NCBI GenBank assembly: GCA_036229005.1
Contig: JAZAMN010000052.1
Coordinates: forward strand, 384,001-448,000
From: Myxococcota bacterium
Lineage (GTDB): Bacteria; Myxococcota_A; UBA796; CAJQPC01
Direction: 5' to 3'
Length of the DNA stretch: 64,000 bases
Below are positions 38,658 through 46,000 of the stretch, piece by piece. Below the pieces are notes generated by a model. The model was not told where the DNA came from, searched no databases, and worked only from the letters and a program-made list of their open reading frames with translations. Numbering within the stretch: the stretch's first letter is position 1; each line of letters begins with the position of its first letter. The position numbers and the translations under genes are program-made.

Positions 38658-39517
38658 CGCTGCAGCTCCCGGAGCGCGGCCTGGACCTGAGATACAGGCT
38701 GCATCAGGCAGTGGACCTGGGGCTTGGGGCATCCCTTGGCGTAGCAGGGCCAACAGCTCGGGGGGCCGCTGGGCTTGACGGGGAGGCTCCCCTGAGCGCC
38801 GGTCTGGAGCGGGTCGGTGCTCCCGTGCACCACGACGGTGGGGACCCCGGCGGCGCGGGCCAGGTGCGAGAGACCGCTGTCGTTGACCACCAAGGCGTGG
38901 GCGCGCTGAAGCTCGGCGGCCACCAGGCCCAGATCGCGGTGCTGCACCCGAGGCAGGTGGGGCAGCGGCTCCCAGCGCTCGTCGGGGCCCAGGTAGACGA
39001 CCACCGGACGATCGCTCTGCTGGGCCAGTTCGGCGAACCCGGGCCACATCACCGAGCTCCCGGAGGGCGAGAGGGGTGCGATCGCGAGGTGACCTGGGGG
39101 CATGCACGCCCGCAGCACATCGTCCGGGCTGGGCTGGAAGCGCGGGGCCTCTGTGCACTCCACCCCCAACAGCGAGGTCACCCTGGCGTATTCCTTGCTG
39201 CGGTGCTCACCGGGCACTTGGGGGGTGCTCCGCGTCAGGATCAGGCGCCGCCCCTGGCCCTGCACCCCGACCCGCTCGGGCAGGTGCCGCAGCCCCCACG
39301 CCGAGGAGAAGCTGGGCGCCAAGGTGAGGCCCCGATCCCCGGCAGGCCGGGCCTTGGGAGCGTGGAACTCCAGCCCCAGGCCGCGGTAGAGGGTGGCCGC
39401 CCAGGGGGGCCCGAGCAGGTGGACGCGATCATGGGCCTTGGACAGGGCGGTGACCGCCGGCAGGGCCATGACCCCGTCCCCCAGGTGGTTGGGGGCGCGG
39501 AGCACCAAGGTGGGCAT
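38654..39517 (-). CDS. waaF: Glycosyltransferase family 9 (WaaF-like heptosyltransferase II)
   Basis: RAPNHLGDGVMALP, SFSSA, NDSGLSHLARA, HGST, CWPC. The symbol is tentative. Confidence 0.75.
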   Translation of the reverse strand: MPTLVLRAPNHLGDGVMALPAVTALSKAHDRVHLLGPPWAATLYRGLGLEFHAPKARPAGDRGLTLAPSFSSAWGLRHLPERVGVQGQGRRLILTRSTPQVPGEHRSKEYARVTSLLGVECTEAPRFQPSPDDVLRACMPPGHLAIAPLSPSGSSVMWPGFAELAQQSDRPVVVYLGPDERWEPLPHLPRVQHRDLGLVAAELQRAHALVVNDSGLSHLARAAGVPTVVVHGSTDPLQTGAQGSLPVKPSGPPSCWPCYAKGCPKPQVHCLMQPVSQVQAALRELQR

Positions 39518-40864
39518 TCAGCTTTCCCTGAGCTCGCTCTCGGGGCCGCGGGCGCCGATGGCCTCTGCAGGGGGAAGCCGCAGGCGGATGAGGCGGCGCA
39601 GGGACAGACGCCGGGCGAGCCCGAACAACAGGGTGGCCGAAGCGGCGACGCCGAACACCACGAGGCCGAGGCCGACCACAGGAAGCGCGGCTGGCCCGCC
39701 GATCAGCAGGCTGAGCACCGCAAGCAGTCCTCCCAGCCACGCCATCAGGAGCGCCCCGGCGAGCCCTCCCGCCCGCAAGCGCAGGCCTCGGATCGCGGGG
39801 ACGAGGTCGGACAGGCGCGCGGCATGCTGGGCCTTGGCCAAGAGGCGGTCTCCGCGCCGCATTCGGCCTCCCCGCAGCTCGAGCAGGCCGGCAAGGAGCC
39901 AGATCTGGGGCAGTCGGGCGCTGCCTCTGAGCCCCTGGAGCTGCTCCAACGAGGCGGCCAGGCGGCCCTGCTTGAACAGGGAGAGGGCCAGCAGGTAGCG
40001 CAAGGTCGTGTCCTGGGGGAGCGCGCCCAAGCCGATGCGGGCAGCCGTCTCGGCCTCGCTGTGGGCGCCAACCTGCTCGGCGATGGTGGCGCAGGCGACA
40101 GCGATCCTGCGCGAGTAGGGGCTCAGGAGCTGGGCCTGCTCCAGGTGCTCCAGGGCCTGCTCCAGGTCCGCATGAGCGATGGCGCGCAGGCCCTCGTCCC
40201 AGGAGGGGTTCTCAGGCTCCTGGGGCTCGCAGTCCTCGAACTCACCCAGGGGGGCGTCGGCGTGAGCGCCAGGGCAGGACAGGACCAGCCCGCAGTCGCC
40301 GCTGTGGTGGAAGGCCACGAGCGCTTCGACGTCAGGGCCTTGGCTGCTGCGCAGCACCCGCAGGTTCTCGAAGAAGGCCTCGCGCGCCGGGCAGCTTCCG
40401 TAGTGCTGGAAGCGGAACAGGGACAGCAGGTAGGGCACCCCGCTCTCAGGGTGGCTGAGGTACCAGGTCTGTGGGGAGGACTCTGGGTCGTCCATGCGCT
40501 CCAGCGCGACGAGCTGGAGCTGCAAGTCCCCGAAGCAGCGCCGCAGGAAGGCGGAGACCTCCCCAGCGAACTCTCCGGTGTCCTCGGCCGACACGGCCAG
40601 GTCCGAGAAGCCGTAGCGGCGGTAGTAGGACTGGCGGAGCTGGCGGATCCGCTGTCGGCAGTGGCTGACCTCGGCCCGCACCAGCTCGGGATCCGTGTAG
40701 CGCCCGGGCGCCGACGCGATCCGCCGCTGATAGAGCCGAACGCTGCTCTGGAAGGAGTAGCGCCGGACCACCCCATCGCGCCCGACGATCTCCACCGGAA
40801 AGACCACCTGCTGGGTGTAGTCCTTGCGGGAGTAGCGCTGGAGTCTGCTTTCTTTGTTGTCCAC
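39518..40864 (-). CDS. Hypothetical protein: unrecognised N-terminal domain, TPR-like helices, two C-terminal TM segments
   Basis: Abuts the GT9 start; TPR-like ALEHLEQA..LSP and LRYLLALSLFKQGR; hydrophobic C-terminus. Confidence 0.7.
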   Translation of the reverse strand: MDNKESRLQRYSRKDYTQQVVFPVEIVGRDGVVRRYSFQSSVRLYQRRIASAPGRYTDPELVRAEVSHCRQRIRQLRQSYYRRYGFSDLAVSAEDTGEFAGEVSAFLRRCFGDLQLQLVALERMDDPESSPQTWYLSHPESGVPYLLSLFRFQHYGSCPAREAFFENLRVLRSSQGPDVEALVAFHHSGDCGLVLSCPGAHADAPLGEFEDCEPQEPENPSWDEGLRAIAHADLEQALEHLEQAQLLSPYSRRIAVACATIAEQVGAHSEAETAARIGLGALPQDTTLRYLLALSLFKQGRLAASLEQLQGLRGSARLPQIWLLAGLLELRGGRMRRGDRLLAKAQHAARLSDLVPAIRGLRLRAGGLAGALLMAWLGGLLAVLSLLIGGPAALPVVGLGLVVFGVAASATLLFGLARRLSLRRLIRLRLPPAEAIGARGPESELRES

Positions 40865-40922
40865 TGCCGTGCCACGGTCCGGATCCAGAGGGTAGCACCC
40901 CAGCCTCCGGATCGGGCAGAGA

Positions 40923-40948
40923 TGAAATAGACCCTGTGCGGTCCCGTA
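40923..40948 (+). promoter_or_regulatory. Candidate SigW-like ECF promoter TGAAAT-N16-CGTA
   Basis: One mismatch to the B. subtilis SigW consensus TGAAAC-N16-CGTA, directly upstream of an ECF sigma gene. Confidence 0.45.
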
Positions 40949-40984
40949 GAACCCCTCGGATGTCCTGCAAAGGAGGAACCCAAA

Positions 40985-41554
40985 CTGGCCCTACGACTGC
41001 TGGAACGCGAAGGCTTCGACGAGATCGAGATGGTGTTGGCCGCCCGTGATGGGGATGCCCGCGCCCGCGCTTGGATCGTCGAGCGCTACACCCCTGCCGT
41101 GTACCGGTTCTGCATGCGCTTCCTCCGCAACGAGGAGGACGCTCGGGACGTCACGCAGGACACCCTGATCAAGGTGATGCGCAACCTGCACCGCTTTGAT
41201 CCCAAGCGACGCTTCTCCACCTGGGTCTTCTCGATCGCCCGCAACACGGCCATCGACGAGACCCGCCGGCGCAAGCGCCTGGCCCCCGAGCCCAAGAAGG
41301 AGCCCGCCTACGAGGGCCCCTCCCCCATGGAGGAGACCCGCGCCAGTCGGCGCGCCGACCGGCTCCATGAGGCTCTGGCCGAGCTGCCCCCCAAGTACCG
41401 CGAGGTGCTGGTGCTCTACCACTTCGAGCACCTCAAGTATCAGGAGATCGCGGACGCTCTGGAGATCCCCATCGGCACGGTGATGAACCGGATCTTCCGG
41501 GCCCGTCAGCGCCTCCGTTCGATCTACGACACCGACGAGTACACCCTGGCATGA
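40985..41554 (+). CDS. ECF RNA polymerase sigma factor (SigW/RpoE-like)
   Basis: DARDVTQDT, FSTWVFSIARN, LAELPPKYREVLVL, YQEIADALEIPIGTVMNRIFRAR. Start placed at in-frame CTG 40985, 8 nt after AGGAGG; the alternative is ATG 41030. Confidence 0.9.
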   Translation: MALRLLEREGFDEIEMVLAARDGDARARAWIVERYTPAVYRFCMRFLRNEEDARDVTQDTLIKVMRNLHRFDPKRRFSTWVFSIARNTAIDETRRRKRLAPEPKKEPAYEGPSPMEETRASRRADRLHEALAELPPKYREVLVLYHFEHLKYQEIADALEIPIGTVMNRIFRARQRLRSIYDTDEYTLA

Positions 41555-42081
41555 GCCCTCAACACCCCCCACACGCCCTGCTGGAGCGCTTCGTCGCCGG
41601 CGAGCTCCCTGAGAGCCTGGCGGTGGAGCTTGCCCTGCACCTGGATGACTGTCCGGCCTGCAGCGCCGAGTGCGCGGTGATGGAGCCCTTGGCTGCGGCC
41701 TTCGCCCAGTCTCCGGACCCGGAGGTCCCCCCAGAGCTCGTCTCCAGCCTCCTGGAGCAGCTCGACAGCCCCCAGATGCAGCCTGAGCTGCCCCCTGGCC
41801 TGCCCGCGCCCCTGCCCCTGCAGGCACGGGCCGAGCTTCTGGCCGGCGGCACCCTCCTGAGCGTGGCCGCGACCCTGTTCTTTGTGTTCGGCGAGCCCAC
41901 GCAGCTTGCAGCCGACCTGGCTGTCGGAGCCCACGCCGCTGCGACCGCGGCGTCCATCGGCGCCAGCTCCATGGACAGCGCCGCCCTGGCCTGGCCGGCC
42001 ATGCTGGCCGCGTTGGTTCTGGTGGGCTCGGTCGTCGTCTACAGCCTGATCAAGCCCCAGGGCTACGGGCGCAGGTTCTGA
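41551..42081 (+). CDS. Zinc-binding (ZAS/zf-HC2) anti-sigma factor with two TM segments
   Basis: HPPHALLERFVAGEL...HLDDCPAC; ATGA overlap with the sigma gene. Confidence 0.85.
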   Translation: MSPQHPPHALLERFVAGELPESLAVELALHLDDCPACSAECAVMEPLAAAFAQSPDPEVPPELVSSLLEQLDSPQMQPELPPGLPAPLPLQARAELLAGGTLLSVAATLFFVFGEPTQLAADLAVGAHAAATAASIGASSMDSAALAWPAMLAALVLVGSVVVYSLIKPQGYGRRF

Positions 42082-42083
42082 GC

Positions 42084-43034
42084 ATGCTCGGCGCTCTGGT
42101 CAGCGTGGCGGTCCCCCTGGCCCTGGCGGCGCCGGAGGACCCCGAGAGCGAGCTCTGGATGCAGGAGCGCATCCAGGCCCTGGAGGAGCAGACGGCCCGC
42201 GACCGCGCGCTGCTGCTCCAGTACGAGGCTCGTCTGGCCGCCATGGAGCATGCCGCCCAGCCACAGCTCCCGCCCATCCCGCCGCCGCTGGCCGAGCCGC
42301 TGATCATCGAGCCCGATGAGATCACAGGAGAGATCGTCGCCTGGGGGCCGGTCTCGGTCCACGGAAAGGTGCACGGCCGCGCGGTCTCCTTCGGCGGCGA
42401 CGTGCGGGTCTTTGACGGCGCCCAGGTCACGGGCGACGCCGTCAGCTTTGGCGGACAGGTCCGGGTGGACCCCGGAGCCGACGTCCAGGGAGACCGGATC
42501 TCCTACGCGGCGACCACCGCGCCGCCCCCGGGTCCCCCGCTGGCCCCCCTTCGCCGCCAGACCCGCGGCCTGGCCCGCCAGCTCGTGCTGCTGTTCACGA
42601 TGGCGGGCGGCGGCGTCGTGATGACGGGCCTGTTCCCCAAGCCGGTGGAGCGCGTCTCAGATGCGCTTCGGCGCCACCCCTTCCGCTACTTTGGGTGGGG
42701 CCTGCTCAGCGCCTTCCTGGCCAGCGTGTTGGGCACCATCCTGGCGGTGACCGTGATCGGAATCCCCGTCGCGATGCTGCTCGGCCTCCTCATGGCGGTG
42801 GCCTGGGTGATGGGCTCGGTGGCCATCTGCCAGCTCATCGGTGACTCGCTGCCCTTCCAGGCGACCCGCGAGAAGCCCTGGGTGGGCTTCCTGGCCGGCG
42901 CCGCCCTGCTTGGGGCGCTCAGCCTGCTCCCGGGGGTCGGAAAGGCCGTCCTGACCATCCTGGGGCTGACCGGCATGGGCGCGGCGATCCGGAGCCGCCT
43001 GGGCTCCAAGGACATCGTCCCCCCGCTGGACTGA
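42084..43034 (+). CDS. Exported beta-helix (polymer-forming/bactofilin-like) domain plus multi-TM membrane protein
   Basis: Repeats GEIVAWGPVSVHGKVHG, AVSFGGDVRV, VTGDAVSFGGQVRV, VQGDRIS; C-terminal TM helices with TVIGIP. Confidence 0.75.
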   Translation: MLGALVSVAVPLALAAPEDPESELWMQERIQALEEQTARDRALLLQYEARLAAMEHAAQPQLPPIPPPLAEPLIIEPDEITGEIVAWGPVSVHGKVHGRAVSFGGDVRVFDGAQVTGDAVSFGGQVRVDPGADVQGDRISYAATTAPPPGPPLAPLRRQTRGLARQLVLLFTMAGGGVVMTGLFPKPVERVSDALRRHPFRYFGWGLLSAFLASVLGTILAVTVIGIPVAMLLGLLMAVAWVMGSVAICQLIGDSLPFQATREKPWVGFLAGAALLGALSLLPGVGKAVLTILGLTGMGAAIRSRLGSKDIVPPLD

Positions 43035-43048
43035 ACGTAGGAACCGGG

Positions 43049-43083
43049 GCTCCGAGGCCAGCGTTGGTCGCCAGCCTCGGAGC
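43049..43083. terminator. Hairpin between convergent genes
   Basis: gctccgaggc...gcctcggagc, perfect 10-bp inverted repeat with a 15-nt loop. Confidence 0.5.
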
Positions 43084-43091
43084 GCCTGACC

Positions 43092-46000
43092 CTACAGGGT
43101 GGTGAGCTGGGACTTGAGGGCCTCGCTCAGAGCCTGAGCGTTGGCGGCGACGTCCGCCAGCGCGGCACCCACGGACTCGTCTGCCTTGGCCTGCGCCAGG
43201 TTGTCCTCGCCGGTGGAGGGATCTCCGGCACCGTACGAGGCTGCAGCTTTGGCGAGGTGAAGCAGGGACTCCATGCGCCCATCCTTGTCCTCGACCCCCA
43301 GACCGCGGTCCGCGAGGGCGCTTGCCTCCCCCCAGTCCTGACGCCGCAGGGAGAGCTCGGCCAGCCGGGTCAGGGCCTGGACCTGCCCGGGGTCGAAGGT
43401 CAGCGACTTCTCGTAGTGCTGGGCCGCCTTGTCCGAGAGCCCCATGTGGGTGTCCAGGACGAAGCCCTTGGTCAGGTAGGCCTCGATGACGTAGCTGGGC
43501 TTCTTGGCGTGGTAGATGATGTTGTTGTAGTGGTTCAGGAGCGTCGACCACTCCTCCCGCTCGAACAGCACCTGGGCCGCGCCGCGCAGCGCTCGCACGT
43601 CGTTGTCGCGCAGCTCCAGCGCCTTGTTGAAGCGCTTCTTGGCCTTCTCGGTCTTGCCCAGCGCCAGCTCGACCTCACCCAGACAGGTGTAGGCCTCCGC
43701 CAGCTCGGCCTTGTCCGCAGAGCCGCCGATGAGCTGCAGCACCTGGCGGTACACGCCCTCGGCCTTGTCCCACTCCTTGGCCTCCATCCACAGGGGCCCG
43801 ACGGCCCGCAGGGAGGGCAGGTGGCTGGGGTTCAGCTCCAGCGCGCGCTCCAGCTTCTCCCGGCCCTCGTCGGCGCGGTCCAGGGAGATCAGCGAGGTCG
43901 CGTACTGGAAGTAGAACTGGGCGATCTCCACCTTCTCGTCGAAGTCGTCCAGGTCCCAGGACTCGGACTTCTTCTCGAGCTCGGCGAAGTACTCGACGGC
44001 CTGTGGCAGCTCCTGCTTGCGGTAGGCGTGGTCGGCCAGGTAGCGCAGCGCCTCGTCGTGGGCGGGCTCCTGCTCCAACACCGCGGCGAAGGTCTGGGCC
44101 GCGCCGTCCCGGTTCTGCAGGGTGTCGCGCTGTACCCGAGCCGCGCGCACCAGGGCCTTGACAGCGTCCTGTTCGTTGGAGGAGGCGGCTGCCTGGCGCT
44201 TGAGGGCCTCGACCACACCGTCCCACTCACCTCGGGCGCTCCGGAGCTGCTCGAGCATCCTGGCGGCGTCGAGGTCAGGCGAATCGCCGGCGCTCGCGGT
44301 GTCCAGCAGAGTCAGCGCGCGGTCCTCGTTGCGGAGCTGCTGCAGCCAGACCTTGCCGGCCTTGCCCAGGAGCACCTTGGATTCGGCGCCCTCACGCTGC
44401 GCAGCGAGCTGCTCGGCGTGCATGACGTACTCCGACCAGGCGCCAGCGGACTCCGAGAGGGCCAGCAGGCGCTCCAGGGCCTCTTGGTGCTCGGGGTCGA
44501 GCTCCAGCACCTTGCGCCAGGCGTCACCGGCGACGGCGTCGTCACCGAGCTTGTCCTGCCAGAGGCGGGCGATGTCCGCGGTGGTGGTGACCTGCTCGGC
44601 GCCGGTCTGGAGCGCGGACTCCCGGGCGAGCACGCCGACCATGGCCTGCCAGTCCTCGCTGGCCTCCGCGACTGCACGCAGACCGGAGAGGGCCTCGGTG
44701 TCCTGGGGGTTGTGGTCGAGCGCTGCCATGTAGGCGGCCCGCGCCTCCTCCAGGTTCCCGTTCTGGGACTGCACCTCGGCGATGCGGCGCTGCACGCGCC
44801 CGGCGTCCTCGGCAGAGCTCAGGTTCTGGGAGAGCTGCTCCAGGTACTGGAGGCTGAGGTCGACCTCGCCCCGGGCGCCGGCGATGCGGGCCAGAGCCTC
44901 CAGGACCTCGGTGTCCTCGGGGTGCTCTTCGTGGAGCTGCCGGTAGAAGTCCCAGGCGGCGTCGGTCTCGGCCAGCTTCTCGGCCAGGATCCAGCGCTGC
45001 TTGGCCAGGGCGGCCTGCTGCTGCTCGGGGTCCTGGAGGAGCGCGGCGCGGGCGCTGAGGGTCTCGAAGGTCCCCTGCCAGTCCTGAGCGGCCTCCTGAG
45101 CGGCCTCGCGGCGGAGCAGCCCGGCGATGTCCTGGGCCTCCTCCAGCACCTCGGCGGAGCGCTGGCTGTCACCGGCCTCCTCCAGCGAGGCGGCGAGCCC
45201 GAGGGTGTCGGCGGGGCTGAGCCCCTCGTAGTGGGCGACCAGTGCGTCCAGGTCCTTTTCCTGCAGCAGCAGGCGGCGCACGCCCTCGAAGGCCTTGCCG
45301 GCCGAGGGGCGCGTGGCGAAGGCGAGTCGGTAGGCCTCGAGCGCCTCCTCGCGCTGACCGAGGCCCTCGAAGAGGTGGCCGGCGAGCACGCTGTGGACGA
45401 CCTTGACTGGAGCATCCGCGGCGCTGGTGGCGACCTGCCAGTGGGCCTGCGCCAGCCCCTCTCGGTTGCCTGCCTTGCGCTCCAGGCGGGCGCAGCCAAA
45501 GATGGCGCCCAGGTTCTCCGGGTCCTCCTCCAGGACCTTGCGGTAGCCGGCCAGGGCCTCGGCGGGGGCCTCCAGGTAGTCCTCCTGGAGGCGCGCGGAC
45601 TCGTAGGTGTCCTGGGCGGCGTCAGCGGCGCGGTGGGCCTCCTCCCAGTAGTTCAGGCCCTCGCAGAGGCGCGAGAGGGCCAGCAGCGGCCGCCCCTCCC
45701 CCTCGGCGTGGACCAGCTCGCCCACGGTCTGGATGGTGCCCATGGTGTCGCCGGACTCGCGGAGCTGGTCGGCCAGCGCGACCATCAGGCGGGTGAGCTC
45801 CTGGGGGTCGTCGGCGGATGCGACCGCGTTCCGGTACAGGCCTACGAGCGCCCGGCTGTCCCCCTGGCGGAGGTAGGCCTCCTCCAGGACGGCGAGCGCG
45901 GCGGGGTGGCTGGGCTCGGCCTCCAGGATCTGGCGGGCTGCCCAGGTGGGGTCGGCCTCGGGCAGGTCGTGGGCCAGGGCCGAGGCGCTCAGGTACTGCC

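Noticed and set aside
40960..41049. Short out-of-frame ORF (ATG 40960) overlapping the sigma start as a regulatory uORF
   Set aside because: No SD and no distinctive composition; likely chance.
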